Assembly (NCBI GenBank): GCA_013265495.1
Contig: MU058423.1
Coordinates: 5,500,745-5,564,744 of the forward strand
Reading direction: 5' to 3'
DNA: 64,000 nucleotides
Source: Vicugna vicugna
Lineage: Eukaryota
Below, in pieces: positions 40,025-54,555 of this stretch (its first letter is position 1; the number at the start of each line of letters is the position of its first letter). Below the pieces are notes generated by a model. That model searched no databases, was not told where the DNA came from, and saw only the letters and a list, made by a program, of their open reading frames with translations. The translations under genes and the position numbers were made by a program.

Positions 40025-40565
40025 ATTTTATTTATCTGTTTATTTGTATTGAAATACAGTCAATGTACAATATTATGTTAGTTTCAGGTGTACTACATAG
40101 TGATTTGACATTTGCATACGTTATAAAATGATCACAGTAAGTCTAGTTTAACAATCTATCCCTATACAAAGTTACTAAAATATTACTGACAGCAAACCTT
40201 ATGCTGCATATTGCATCCCTGTGGCTTACTTATTTTATAACTGGAGGTATGCACCTCTTAATTCCCTTCACATATTTCACACTCCTACCTCTGTCCCCAT
40301 TGGTAATAACCCATTTATTCTCTTTAGCTATGAATCTGTTTCCATTGTTTTGTTTGTTCATTTTGCATCTATGTTCATCAGTAATACTGGAGTGTAATTT
40401 TCTTTTTTTGTGTGCTCTCTGTGTGGTGCAAGGTTACATTGTTTATTTTGTGATTCTTCTCATTTCCTGAGGTAGGCTTGTATCAGTATAAACATCTCTC
40501 TTAGAACTGCTTTTGCTGTATTCCATAGATTTTGGAGTGATGTGTTTCCATCTTTGTCTCCAAGT
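40025..40565 (-). mobile_element. L1 3'UTR joined to non-adjacent ORF2 segments
   Basis: gtttcaggtgtactacatagtgattt... then tttgcatctatgttcatcag and ctcttagaactgcttttgctgtattccatagattttgg. Confidence 0.8.
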
Positions 40566-40569
40566 CTCC

Positions 40570-41250
40570 CTCTCTATTGCTTTATCTTTTTTTTGGTTGA
40601 AATAACCACTGTCCTACTGTTACGTTTCTCTCTCTCTTAATTTCACTTATAGATCATCCCAAATGGGTGTATTCCTAAGCAATACCTTATTTAATTTAGC
40701 ACACTAGAACAGCATATTAATTGAATAGTACAATGCGTATTCTTCTGTGACTTTCACTTTTTTCATTCTATGTTATATTTGTCATAATTAACCTTTCTTA
40801 TACATTGTCATCTATTTCACAGCTGCCAGGTACTACCTGAACATCCCCAAACTATCGATACTTCTGTTGACAGGTGTCTTAATTCCTTACATTATTGTAA
40901 TTCAATTTATTATTTCCATGGCATGATTTTACATGTCTTCTGAAGCAAAAATAAAAGGATTTATTTAGTATATAGGCCAAAGAGAGAGATGGCAGGATCA
41001 CAGAGTAAGCACAAGGTTCAATTGTACTAGGTAATGTCAATTGCTTTCAGTGAGGTCTGTCAATTTACATTCACATCAGCAGAATGCAACAATTCCCACT
41101 GATGTACACTTTCATTAATACTTTGTTTCTGTAGCGTAACATTTATATTAAGTGATTTCCTGATTACTAATAAAAGTGAGCATCTTTAATACTTACATTG
41201 TCATTTGTATTTTCTCTTTAGTCTTCTGTTAGCTTCTTTTTAAGATCTCT
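40570..41250 (-). mobile_element. L1ME-like fragment
   Basis: aatttacattcacatcagcag...tttcctgattactaataaaagtgagcatc. Confidence 0.6.
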
Positions 41251-41982
41251 TTGTCTTTACTGTGCTCAAGCACCTGCTGTGTGCTAGTAGCTTTTTCTGT
41301 CACTATTTCAAGACATTAATGATGCACATGATATAAAGGGTCCTGTATTTACAGTCTGTAACAAGTACATTACTAAGCAAATAAATAAGACAATATCAAG
41401 GATTTATAAACACTTTGCAGATAATTAAAATAAGTTAAATTAGGAGCTTATGGGGTATACTTACTGAGGTTAAGAAGAATAGGGAAAAATAATTTTGAGG
41501 GATGGACTAGAGCATCAATAATTTTGCATGGGTTTGTTAAAATTTAAGATCTTACTATCAGTGCTGGATTTTTTTTTTTTGCTTTTGTTTTTTAACTCTT
41601 CCTCAAACAAAAAAATTATATACCCAGGTTTAATATGTATCAAAAGCAATTATATCTAGGTTCTGACTTTCTCATTTCTTTCACTTGTTTAGTATTCAAA
41701 TCTGTTTCTCTAATACACAGATAGATAATAGGTTGAGTATTTCAATTACCAGTATCTAATAATGCTGTGTATTTCATTTTATATGGTAGTGTTAGACCAA
41801 CACAGGTTGTTCTTCAAGAAATTCATGACCAAGTTTTACAATACTGCAAGTAGATATGGTATTGCCTCATTTTTTTTTCCATTTAGGTAGAATACCTGAA
41901 AAATTGTGATATCTAGTATACACTGTGACCAAGTTCCTTTTTTTTTTTTTGTATTTTGGTTTCTGCACTATTATAGTGGGTT

Positions 41983-42366
41983 CTGTATGGAACAGCATGT
42001 GATTTTCAGAAGCAGACACTGAGATGGAATTTGGCATACAAAATATTTCTAAGAGATAAACCCTATGGAAAAGATTGGGGAGAAAAAGTACAGGGCAGAG
42101 AAAGAAGTTGAACTGTGACGTAGGCTCAAGAAAGGCTTGATCAAACTTGTATGAGGAGAGTTGGAGCACACATAGCCCATCAGAGGACTGCTACATCAGA
42201 CCAGAGCAGCAAGGCCCTTGTGCCCCTGCCTTAGTCAGTCATTAATGCAAATGTCTACAGAGAGGTACGCTACGATGGAGCTGAAAGTGGTAGGCTGTCT
42301 ACTGCCGACTGCAGTAACACGTTCTTCAAGGGAAAATCTGTGTAGTAAATTGCTATGTTCATCACA
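41983..42366 (-). mobile_element. LTR16-like (ERVL) LTR
   Basis: cagaagcagacactgagatggaattt...gggcagagaaagaagttgaactgtgacg...atcaca. Confidence 0.7.
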
Positions 42367-43709
42367 TTGTGATATTAAAGAGGATATTCTAGTCAATTCT
42401 AGTTAAAATAGAATCTGCTTCAGAAATCATTCAGTTTATGAGGACAGAAGAAAACTAGAATCACAAGATAAGGGGAGGACCATGACTATGTGATATCATT
42501 TTAGCCAAAGGGTTTCCAAAAGGAAACACTTTCTGTTGCTCTTACAGTGAATAATAATGTTACTTGATACAGAATATAAGGTCACAATCCTTTTTTTTCC
42601 CTCCTGTAATTTCTTCAGATTTTGCTTCACTGTAAATATATATAATATACATTTTGTGTTGCAAATGGATACAATACCAATTTGATTTTTTCTTGTTTCA
42701 GCAGAATTAATTACCTGCATTTTAATAGTCTTCTGTTCTATTTTGTTTTGCAATGGTGAAATGAATTGACACATTATTATTTAAGTATTCTGGATCTTGG
42801 AGAGCATTTTGAAATTAAGACTCCATGTTTCCTCCATCAATGAAATTAATTCTTTGATTATTATTTTTACTCCTTTTATTTGGTTTAGAAAGAACTTCAA
42901 TTGTCTTATTTTATAGATTTTTGTATCTCCTCAAAATCTCCATATTAATTTAGAAAACCACATTGCATTGAAACAGTCTCAATCATTAAGCAGAATGAAT
43001 GAGAAGTGATAGTTGCATCATTCCATAATAGTCACTATATCAGGTTTAAAATTTTAGCTTCTTTATGAATTGTTACTTTCATTCTCAAAATAGTTTCTTA
43101 TAATGGAAAACCATTTACCTCAGTTATAATTAATTATCCTTGTAAATGGAATTCCATTTCCTGATTGGAATGAATAAGAAAGAGAACACTATCCTATTGA
43201 AATAAATTTTTAAGGGATAAATTCAAAAAATCATATCTGTAAGAATAAAATGGATCTAAATCAAAGAGTGTTTGAATTTCTAAACTAAGCATGTTTATCA
43301 TTGCTTTCTCATCTAAAGTATTTGCTGATTCAATTTAGGAACTGAACTGAACTCCCCTCCCAAATCTGCAAATCTAGAATTTTATACCCAGCTAAAAATA
43401 TGTCTCAAAATTAAACACAAATAAAGATACTCTTGGACAAACAAAAGCTAATAGGATCAGTCACCAGCAGAACCACCCTACCAAAATATTATAGGAAGTT
43501 CTTCAGGCTGAATAAAAACAATCTCAGGTGGACTGAATCTGCAAAAAGGTAAACAGATGAGTAAATGTAAAAGAGCTGCTTGTTTAAGGCAGTAAATCTC
43601 AAATTTTAACATGCATCAGAATCACATTGTTAAAACAGATATCTGTCAAAAAACAAATTTCTGGGTCCAAATTCAGAATATATATGTGTGTATATACAAT
43701 ATATATAGT

Positions 43710-43762
43710 AATATTGCTAGAGATGACACATTGCAATATTGCTAGAGATGACAGCTGCAATA
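43710..43762. repeat. two-copy tandem duplication, about 25-bp unit
   Basis: aatattgctagagatgaca at 43710 and 43735. Confidence 0.85.
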
Positions 43763-46119
43763 AACACAATGTCATGATCAATAACACATCTATTCCAATT
43801 GTGAAGTTTACATATCTAAAGATGAATGATTCTAATTATTAGTCAGTCAATAAAACCACAAGTGAAAAATTCTTAGTTCAGGTGAAGCAAGTTTTAACTT
43901 GTGTTTCATAATCTCTTTAGAGAGTATAATTCTGTAATTCTGTTTATGGTCCATATGCTCTTTTCATATGAAACACAAGAAATAATATTCAGCATAAAAG
44001 CACTTAGGAAACATTATTAGTTGATATTATTATCAGTTGGCATGAAATATCCACTTTCAAGACTTAAATTGCTGCCTACTAGAAACAACATTCAGTTTCC
44101 ACATTAAACTTGACCATACTTAAATTTCTTCTTCTTGTCTATTTTCCTTGAAAACAGGATTTCACTTTCATGAAAACAACATGCTTTCTATTCCAGATGA
44201 CTTTAAATGATATTTATGATACCAAATGTATGGAACACATGCACATTAAATGTTATTAATTATTTTTAATTTTATAGACAGCAGTGAATATATAAGAATT
44301 GAACAGGTCTTTTATAACAGGATACTCTATTGCAGTAAAAATTACTCTGATATAGACTCACATATAATCCTGAAGTTCATAATCAAAAGAAATTGAAGTT
44401 GGAATTGGTAATATTTAATGAAACTTAAACTTTTGGAAGAATTTTAAATATATTAGCCAATTTAGTTATCATATTAATACTATGATGTTTGTAATTATTA
44501 TTCTAATTCTGTTGATTAAAAAATTAAGCATTATTAAGTAAATTCAGTTAGAGCTAAAATTTGAGTATGTGCTTCTTTTGCTTCTTCAACTGAAATAAAT
44601 TATTTACAGTGAATTTCAGGACCCCTGAAAGTCTACGTCATGTTTGTAGAATATCTTTGTATGTTATCTTTGTGGAATTTTAGAAGTATAAAATTATGCA
44701 ATTACCTAAAAATACAAATAAAATGAAATAAAAGAAAAGAGATCTGCTAATTTTATTGTATAGCAACATTAAATTTTGTTTGTTTTCTTTTTTCAAGGCC
44801 AAAGGATTTACAGAAAATAAAAAAGCACATCATACATGGAATCACCAAAGCACCTTCAAGAAAATGAATGCATAAGTTCTTATAGTTTCTTCTATGATTG
44901 GTGGTTTTTGTCAACTTTCAATAAAGCCAAGCTGCAATACAGAGTAGTGAGCCACTGACTATGAAGTCACATCACCTTTTCTCTAAGGAAGTTCATAACT
45001 TGCAATACCTTTTGGAATTGTCTGTAGGTAGAGATATCACATAAAATTTCAGTGGCAATATTTGAGATTAAAATGAAGAGAGAAATAGTTTTGAAATTAA
45101 CTTTAAAAATAGTTCCTGTTATGAATATTTTATGGAAAGCAGTTCCACCAATTAGCTCCTAGGTGTGCAGAGACCAGATAGCTGGATGCTCCTGAGGCAC
45201 ATATGACATTAGAAAAATAAATCAGCTCTGAAGAATTCAGAGGACAGGTTGGGACATGAACACAGATTAACTCACATAAAAATGAAAGGACTGAAGTTTG
45301 GAGTTCTTTAAAAATTTGCAATGAGATTGTAAACTCAATTCTCAATTGCTCAGTCTGTGTAATTGCTTGGATATATGCGTACAAGAAGACTTGGAGCCAG
45401 ATGTTGATCTTTTATTCTCACCCTATGGATTCTGTTTTCTCTTTGAATTTATTATTGGTTCCTTCAAAGTAAATGTTTGCTAGGATTTAGATTAGAGATG
45501 AAAACCTGGCATATAATTATGTTTGTTAATCTTGCTATCAGAGGATTTGGCAAAGGACTGTTTCCTATTTGAGTCTTCTAAAAAATCAGTAGCTCTCATT
45601 GGCTTTTGTACCAATTAACTAGAAAATTGATTTTAAGTTAAACCATAGAAGCATTCTATAATCATGTAAACATTTCAGATGTTTTTATATAGATTGCATC
45701 ATGCTTTAAAAATCGCAAACCTAATGATAAGCAAGTCTATAAGACTGTCTTTTCATCATTACATTGGAAATCGATGAATTAGCCATTAAATATTTTTATT
45801 TTATGTGAAATTTGTTTTGGTGTGTTAGAATTCCTATTTTCTGAAAATATGTAAGTATTCCTGCTTTTCTTTCACCTTATGTCAATACAGATTATAATTT
45901 AATATCCTTGGTAGTTTACACACTGCTTTACTCAGTTGCATCATGCTGTCCAACTCCCAGGATTGTCATTCATCTATGACTTATATATGAATAGTATTCT
46001 AAAGTGTAACCACAAAAAATAATGTTCTCAGTTTTAGTGACTATTATTGGAAAAGGATGTTATAATACAATTGGGAAAACTATTAGGAAGATGAAATCCA
46101 CTACAAATATTTTTGAGAT

Positions 46120-46680
46120 TCCCTTATTTATTATTCAGCAGTTACTTACAGAACTCTGCCATATACCATTTACTACATTAAGAGCTGAGAAAATCAGTCC
46201 CCACTCTCAAAAAACTTGAAGTCTAATGGGAGAAAGGTATTAATTCAGTAATCATATAAATACATAATTCCCTACTCTGGTAAGTGCTAAATTCCTACTC
46301 TGATGAGAATCATAGCCAAATGTTAGATAGTATGATGCATATTAATATAATCTGATAAATAAAGCAAAGCTCTTTTGATAAAATGGCATTTGAGCTGAAA
46401 ATCAAATGAGTTTGTTAAGGGAGATGTTTATGTGAGGCTGTTTTTTCACATATCTTGTACAAATATCTTATGCAGAAGTGAGCTTGGAAGAGTAAAACTT
46501 AAAAGATTTTACGAATAGAACATGGGAAATAAATGAAACTAATGAGCAACGATATTTTAGAGGTAGATACAGTCTAACTGAAGTAGGGCACAGAACCATA
46601 TTAAAGATTTAGATCTTTACCTAAAGAGTAATCAGGACCAATTAAATTCTTTAAGCAGAGGTTTGAACAAAAGATCAATC
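46120..46680 (-). mobile_element. LINE-2 fragment
   Basis: ttattcagcagttacttacagaac...agtctaatgggaga...ggcatttgagctga. Confidence 0.6.
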
Positions 46681-46819
46681 TTTCTGGACCCTTCACCTAC
46701 TAAGCCTTCTTTTCTTATTTCTTACATATTTCTTTTCTTTTCTTTGTTCTTTCTTTTTCTTTCTTCCTTCCTTTTAAGAGCAAAGGCCAGAAGCTGGACA
46801 CACCTGGATTTAATTAAAG

Positions 46820-46957
46820 TTTTATTTTAAATTTTTATTTTGGGCGGACAGATAATTAGGTTATTTATTTATTTTAATGGAAGTACTTGGGATTGAACCC
46901 AGGATCTTGTGCACGCTAATAAGCATATGCTTTACCACTTAAGCTATACCCTCCCCC
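46820..46957 (-). mobile_element. Vic-1-type tRNA-derived SINE (camelid)
   Basis: Minus strand GGGGAGGGTATAGCTTAAGTGGTAAAGC...CCTGGGTTCAATCCCAAGTACTTCCATTAAAATAAATAAATAACCTAATTA with Pol III A and B boxes. Confidence 0.85.
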
Positions 46958-47349
46958 CTTATTTATTATGTGACATTTTGCTTCATACAGATTCGTTGTG
47001 AGCAAAGTCTATTTCTGCAAAAATTACTCCTTATTCTTAATACCAATGAACGTGTTCATCTTCTTCAGTCTGGGAATTACAGCTAGCTGAGGAGAGCAAC
47101 TCTTTTAATTTCATTTACAAGCATTATTAAATGATATTCTCCCCCAATTTTTATATTATCTCTAGTCCCACACCTTAAAATACTGAATTTAAAAAAAAAG
47201 TATTTCATGCACATAAATGGAACTATAACATTAAAAATCAGTGTCAATAGTTATGGTGACAAAGAGTGTCACAGTCAATTTTAGAATAGAAGAAGTGAAA
47301 GTGAATCTGGTATTGGCATATCCATTTCCTGCATGATGAATTTAAGCAA

Positions 47350-47800
47350 AAACAGTACTGTGGTTAAGACTGTGAGCTTTGAGCTTGATAGTCTGGATCA
47401 AGAACCAGTTTCGCCATTTCCAGGCATAGTTTAATGTACATTTTCAATAGCCCTAAAATGTATGTATTGGCTACATTTTCCAGATGAGAAAACTAGATTC
47501 AGAGAGTTTAAACCAACCATTTCCCTAAATCACAGTATTAAAGAATATCAGCGCAGATATGCTGAAGAATAAAATCCCTTGTCTCAAATTTCCTGCATGC
47601 AAAAATAAACTCTATTAATAGTTCTGATAACATGTAGCCATTTACCTACTTTTCAGGGCGTCAATTTTCACATTTGTAAATTGTAGTAATATTACTGAAC
47701 CAACAGGATTGCTGTGAGAAATTGATAACACAATACAAAAGAATGTTTGGCATATGATCAGTTCTAAAGTGATGTTAGTTGTTACTGTCTTCATTATTGC
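47350..47800. mobile_element. cluster of MIR fragments, both orientations
   Basis: gtggttaagactgtgagcttt; cagatgagaaaactagattcagagag; ttcacatttgtaaatt...ggattgctgtgagaa. Confidence 0.6.
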
Positions 47801-47880
47801 TATTAGTCATTATTTACAATGAAAGAAGTTACAGTGTTTGTGCTGCAGTGTGAAGTCTGAGGTGAGAAAAAATAAAGGGA

Positions 47881-48220
47881 TGCATAATAGACTGATACTT
47901 GCTTACCACAGTTTATTTTCTTTTTCTGCACATTGAGATAGATCGTATTTCTAAGTATCCAAGAATTCCTTGCAGGTAAGTAACAATAATGGTGTTACAG
48001 TTAATGAGATGTGGACAGAAGTGACATATTTCCATAAGCATTTCCAACAAATGTTCATTTATGTTCTCTCCCCTTCCACCAACTGGATGCTAATGATCAG
48101 GGTGATTTTGGAAATAACACGTTGTAAACGACAGACCCTCATCACTCTGAATAGAAATGTCTTGGTTTATATGAGCTATGAGGACACATTATATTTAAGT
48201 GATAACAATTTTAGAGTCTA
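47881..48220 (+). mobile_element. old MLT1 LTR fragment
   Basis: tccttgcaggtaag...aatgagatgtggacagaagtgacat. Confidence 0.55.
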
Positions 48221-49404
48221 AAGTCTCCTGATTTCCTCTCATAGCATAATGCCTTTTTATAAAGTAATTTTCAGCATGTCAAATGTATGTCAAAAGTCTA
48301 AGTGAATACCAAGCAGAATGGCTAGATATAATGCTTGCTCAGAAAAAAGCTATGGAGACACAGTATTCATTCAAGAAGCACATGTCAAAAGGCACTGAGT
48401 TAAAAAAAAAATTGAATTGAAATACTGAAAATTGTTTTACAGTCTTTATATTTTTTAAAAAGCAGCATATAAATGTAGAAGAATTCATTATGGTAACTAC
48501 TAACACTAACAAAGTTGAAGTGTTTGAATTAATAGTAGATACACTTTAGTTAAAGTCTTGAACTTTCTTACTGATTAACCCATTTTTCTCCTATAATTCA
48601 AATCCTTTGATATATTAATACAAATTTAAGTGCCTATTTTCATATTAATTGGAAACATAAATCACTAAATTTAAGTCATTTTTATCAATTATCAATGATG
48701 CTCTCAGTTAATAATGAACATATATAAACATTAATAACTAGAATTTGATCTCTGAAACAATGATATCTGGAAAGGTATAAATCATGTAGTCTAACATATG
48801 CATAAATACTCATGTATTTATTTCAAATTAGTGTTTTGTCACTTACACCTTCCAATGGAAGGTTTGAAAATTGTTGTTAGTACATTTCTTTCTTCTTTTA
48901 AATATTTCAATCCATTTGAACATCCTCCTGTTAGTACGACCTCTATATCTAGTTCTCTTCTCCTAAACACCCCTGCCCTTTTACACACGTCTACTTGTCT
49001 AATCTATCCCCTAAAGGCCAAAGATTTTTTTTCTTTTAAGTTAATGTACATATCTATTCAAATACTATTGTTTCTGGCAATTGCTGGTACAATGAACGTG
49101 TTTTAACAACAACTTCCAATAATCTAAATAGGTGATTCTCAACATTGAAGGAGGCTTTTTAATTACACGATTCCTTCCCAGCCTACATATAATTCTAATA
49201 AAATATTACAGGAAGAAATACCTTTTACCCCCTTCTCTGTTTTCAATATCACTCAAGGGTATTAAGAGGTAATATTGACTGGACTATATTTTTTATATGA
49301 ATAGTCTGAATTTCAAAAAAGTAATTAAAGAAAACATCCTTAAAACTATACATTTGGCATGAGTTTCAGTCATCTATATTCTTAAAAGTGGAAATTATTT
49401 TAGC

Positions 49405-50700
49405 ATTACGATACACACAATTCAAAATTAATTTAAAAATTAAAAACCTAAATGCAAGATCCAAAGCAATCAAACTTTTGGAAGAGACGTAGGACAAAAG
49501 CCTCACAACACTACGTCTGATGATGATTTACTGTATATGACACCAAAGGCACAGGTGGCAAAAGAAAAAAATAGACAAAATGGACTTTACAAAAATGTTT
49601 AAAATTTGTGTATCAAAAGACACTCCACACAGAGTAAAAAGGCACCCCACAGAATGGGAGAAAATACTGCAAAATTTTACATCTGATAAGGGATTAATAT
49701 CTAGATTATATAGAGAACTCCTGAAACTCAAAAACACCACCAAAAATAATTCAGTTAAAAAAATGATCACGGTGGTGGGGAAAGGGGATAGCTGAGTGGT
49801 ACAGTGCATGCTTAACATGTATGAGGTGCCGGGTTGGCAGTACCTCCATTAAAAAATAAATACATAAATAAACCGAATTTCCTTCCCTTCCCCCCAAAAA
49901 ACAGAAAACAAAACAAAACAAAAAAAAATTCAAAAGATTTGAATAGTCATGTTTTCAAAGAAGATATACAAATGGTCAGTAAGAGCATGGAAAGATGTTC
50001 AATGACATCAATAATTAGGGAAATGCAAATCAAAACTACAAGACACCACCTCACATCCAATAGAATAGTTCCTACCAAGAAAACAGAACAAGTGTTCATG
50101 AGACTGTGGAGAAACTGGAATGCTTGTGCACTGCTGGTGAGAAAGCAAAATGTACAATCACTGTGGAAAACAGTATGCAGATCCTCAAAAGGCTGAAAAT
50201 AGAATTACAGTACAATCCAACAATTCCATTTCTGAGTATATACCCAAAGAACTGAAAGGTGGGTCTTCAAGAGATATTTGAACATCCATGATTATAGCAG
50301 AATTATCTACAATTGTTAAAACAAAGAAGCCACTCTAGTATTCGTAGATGGATGAATGCATAAGCAAGATATGGTATATACATACAATGGAATGTAAATT
50401 CAACCTTAAAAAGGAAGGAAATTTTGCCATATGCTACAATATGGATGCATACTGAGTAGTCAATATCAGACACAAAGTAGAATGGTGGTTGTCAGGGAAC
50501 AGGGAAAGGGGGAAATTTAAAATTACTACTTAATGGGTGTAGAGATTCAGTTTTACAAAATGGAAAGGATTATGGAAACGGATGGTGCTTATGATTGTAC
50601 CACACTGTAAGTGTATTTAATATCACTATTCTTTACACTTATAAAAGGATAAAATATAAATTTCATGTCATTAATATTTTACAATATAAAAATTTTAAAA
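49405..50700 (+). mobile_element. L1MB-like ORF2 C-terminus plus 3'UTR
   Basis: ORFs 49580-49795 (KRHPTEWEKI...SDKGLISRLYRELLKL) and 49834-50196 (IIREMQIKTTRHHLT) are L1 ORF2 remnants. Confidence 0.9.
49771..49928 (+). mobile_element. Vic-1-type SINE inserted into the L1
   Basis: GGGGATAGCTGAGTGGTACAGTGCATGCTTAACATGTATGAGGT...AGTACCTCCATTAAAAAATAAATAC...CCCCCC plus A-rich tail. Confidence 0.8.
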
Positions 50701-51879
50701 CACAAAATACACGGGGGAAAAACAAAAACAAGACATTTATTGAAAGGAAGAAAATAAAATATGATTTCTAAAATTATAGGAATGTACTTCTAAAACAATA
50801 TTCAGAACTTATAAATGAAATTTGACTGTTTTTTATATTTTAAATTAAATATTCTATTTAAGTAATAAAGTATGGTAGAACATGTTTAAAGAAGACAATA
50901 AATGCCTGGGAGCATTATAAGAATATTTTTAAATGCATCCCCAATATGTTATCATTGATAATTATATGAGAGGGTACTTCTGAGTTGAATATCGTTAAGT
51001 TGAAAACAGGGAGTAAATTATATGACCTTTAACCAAGTTAGTTCTCATCTGATAATAACTAATCTAAAGTTACTTCTATCTTCTCTGGAAAAAATAATTT
51101 GAAATTTTATTATAAACTATTATTTCTCCATGAAATAGAATCCTTGATGGTCCAAATAAGCTATAGCTTGCAAATTACAAGTGTGTGCTCATATTTGCTA
51201 AAATATTTAGATTTATCAGTACTTTAAACTATTGTAACATATTAAATGAAAAAGTAACTTATGAAATAAGAGATACTAAATGAAGTCTTGCAGCATTCTG
51301 TACAAGCAGATGGCACTGTTCCTGAAGAATGATAAATGATATCCCTAAATAAACTTTCTTTCAGATGGCCAAATTCTATGTCAGGTGAAATCCTTTTTTA
51401 ATTTATTCTTCACTGTTTGGTGCCTCTGAAACTGAGAGGGCAAAGTACCTCTTTTGCATCTGAAGCTGCAGTCTTAAATTCTATACCCCCAAACTGGAAG
51501 CTATATGTTTAAATATTTATGAATGATTGGAGAGGTCTTTGTGAAAATATCTGTCAGAGCATAATAACTATATCTGTAGATAAAACAATATAACCAGTAT
51601 CAATTCTTCCTCTTACTTGCTGTGGCAATCCAACTTGCTTTGGACAAAAGTGGCAAATTTTTAAATCCTTACTCATCTGGAAAATGTGAAAAATAATCTA
51701 TAGCCAATTAGATAAAAAGCATTTTGCTAGAACACTTTACAAGCAATAAGGAATTAAAGAAACCTATGATGGTATTAGTTTAGTCTTATTAAATCTAATA
51801 GAGAGCTCATGTACTGTCTTTAATTAAAAAACCAAAACAGTTTCTATGTACTTTAAATTACCAACTTAGCACTATTACA

Positions 51880-52875
51880 TATTAAAAGTCAGATATATGA
51901 AAATGTAATTTATATGGTAAAATTCACTCTTTCATAGTGTACAGTTCTGTGAATTTTTATAAACTTTTCCTATTATTTAACCATCACCACTTTCAAGGTA
52001 CAGAATATTTCCATCACCTCCAAACTTCTTTTGTGCTTTTACTCAATATTCTACCTCCACCTTCAACCCCTAAAACAAGTCATCTCTTTTTTGTCCTTGT
52101 AATTTTACATTTCCCAGAATGTCAGACATTTAATCACACGGCAGGTAGCCTTTGAGTCCAACTTCCTTCACTTAGCAATACACTTTTGAGGTTTTGAGAT
52201 GTCAGTAGTGTGTTCCTTTTTTATTGCTAAGTAGGATTCCATTGCACAGATGAATGAAAATCTGTTTATCTGTTCTCTAGTTAATAGCAGTTACGTTTTT
52301 TCCAGTTTTACAAAATTATTACAATGCTGTTAGCAACATTCATTTACAGATCTTTGTTTTGGATACATGTTTTTACTTCTCTAAAATAAGTACCCAAGAG
52401 TGAGATTGGTAGGTCACATGATAAGTTCAATTTTATAAGAAACAGAAAACTGTTTTCCAAAGTATGCCATTTTGCACTCACGCCAACAATGGATGAGAAT
52501 TCTAGTTGTTTCAAACTCTTATCAGTAACCGGTATTGTCATTTTTAAGCCATTCTAATATGTGTCTGTATCTCTTGTTTTTCTTTAAATTTTTCCTTAGA
52601 AGTAATGATATTCAGCATTTTTTATATGTTTATTTCTCATCCATATCTATTCTTTGGTGAAACTACAGTTCAAATCTTTTAGCTCATTATTTAAAAATTA
52701 ACTTGTTTGTTTTCCTATTACTGAGTTGAGAGAGCTCTTAATATACTCTGGAAACGAATCATTTATCAGATATGTGTTACACAAAAGTTGCTTTTTTAGC
52801 CTATGCCTTTTCTTTCCTTTTCTTAAGTGTCTTTCACAGAGCATGAGGTTTTAATATTAATAAAGTCCTACACAC
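51880..52875 (-). mobile_element. L1MB/MC 3' region
   Basis: gtacagttctgtgaatttt...ttccaaagtatgccattttgcactc...tttatcagatatgtg. Confidence 0.85.
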
Positions 52876-53204
52876 CAATTCACATTACATCTCTTTCTTA
52901 AAAACAAACTTAGAAATGTCAACCAGGTCTACCCTGTTGCCAGTGGCATCTGGTGAAACAAGCTAGTTGCCTTAAACTTAGCCGTAGTCAGGTACGTCAA
53001 ATCTCGTCTAAACAGTTTAATCTGAGAGTGTCATTCTCATTAATATTTTTGGCACTGAAGCCACAAACTGTTTTTGTATCTGTTGAACAATATTTTTAAA
53101 TGAAAACTTACACACTATTTCATTTTATTTTTCTTGTGATATAGTTATAATCAAATCAAGGTCATTCAGTTTTAAAGTCAGACCTCCTCAGGGAAGGGTC
53201 TGGA

Positions 53205-53398
53205 TCATTGATTCAATATTTGTGGCCCCAAATCAGCAGTAGAAATATTATCTGAAAATGTGTTAAAAATGCAAATTTCTGAACTCTATTCCCCTCAGAG
53301 CTACTGAAGTAGAAACTCTGAGGATGTTGCCTAGAAATCAGTGTTTTAACCAATCCCCTGTGTCAAGTACCTTGCATGCTAAAGCTTAAGAATCACTG
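53205..53398. mobile_element. MER5A DNA transposon
   Basis: aaatgcaaatttctg...ctactgaagtagaaactctg...gtgttttaac...ctaaagcttaagaatcactg. Confidence 0.8.
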
Positions 53399-54555
53399 AT
53401 CTAAGTATACCTATGTTTCTGTTTAGCAAACTCTTATTTATTTTTATTCTTTGAGACTTGGGTATGATTGAAAGCTTTTTTTTCTTGCTATATGGTCTAT
53501 TAAATTTGGTGAACTTAAATAATGTATAATATATAGTATTTACTCATAATATAAATTATGCTCTATTAGAAATTATATACATATTTTACTTGCTGAAAAT
53601 CAACTTGACTATCTATTAATAGAAAATACTTGTATCTGCTTCTCTGGAACAAACTGTAAATAAATATAAATCATGTGCTGAACAATTTCCCCTCTAAGTC
53701 TCTGGAACTTTGAAGGACATCAGTGAATTTGCCAAATCATTCTAAACTTAATTTACATCTTTAATTTTTCTGATGCAAACATGATTTGATCACCATATAC
53801 TGACAAAGGAAAAAATATATTAGAATTAAAAGATCTTTGGTTAAATTTTTGTCATAACTTAATTTTTACATTCTTCTATACACTATTTGTAGCTAAATTG
53901 TTCTTATTATTTTATCTGTTATGTATGGAGTTTATAAAGATGATTTCCATGGCAATAGGTACAGGTTTTCAGCAAATAACAGCTTTGAAGGTGCTATGCC
54001 TTTAAGACTGTGTTTTGGGTTATTCCATTAACCCTAAGGGAATTTCATATTTATTTTTTCTTGGAAGGAATTAATTTGAAGAACAAAAGTAAAGATCAGA
54101 CTTAAAAGAGAAGAGATGGGTCTTTCTCTCAGAGATGTAATACTTATAGATGCATGCTTACATCCTGAATAACAAAAGAATAATTTAAAACTAAGCCAAA
54201 CCAACTATTTCTGTATATGGTTTATATTTAAAGGATATTGTCTTCCATTGGTAAAATAAATTCATTCACATTTATTCCATTAATAAAGCTATTTTGCCTA
54301 CTCTAAAGCAAGAAAATCAGACTATATTTATCTTATAGTTGCTATAGATTAAATGCTATATTTTAAATGTTTTCATTTTAATTATTTCATATATAAGTTA
54401 AATTTGACATTATTATAATAATAATTATTTTTAATTTTATTCTTTAAACAAATATTTGTTAAGTTTTCCAATATGTGGCATTTATTAATAAAGACATTGA
54501 AAACAGAATAGTAAACCATATATATTGGCTCTGCATCTCATGAAAATTAAAATCA

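Noticed and set aside
46890..46957. Functional tRNA gene (A and B boxes present)
   Set aside because: It continues into a SINE-specific tail and lacks a proper cloverleaf; it is a SINE head
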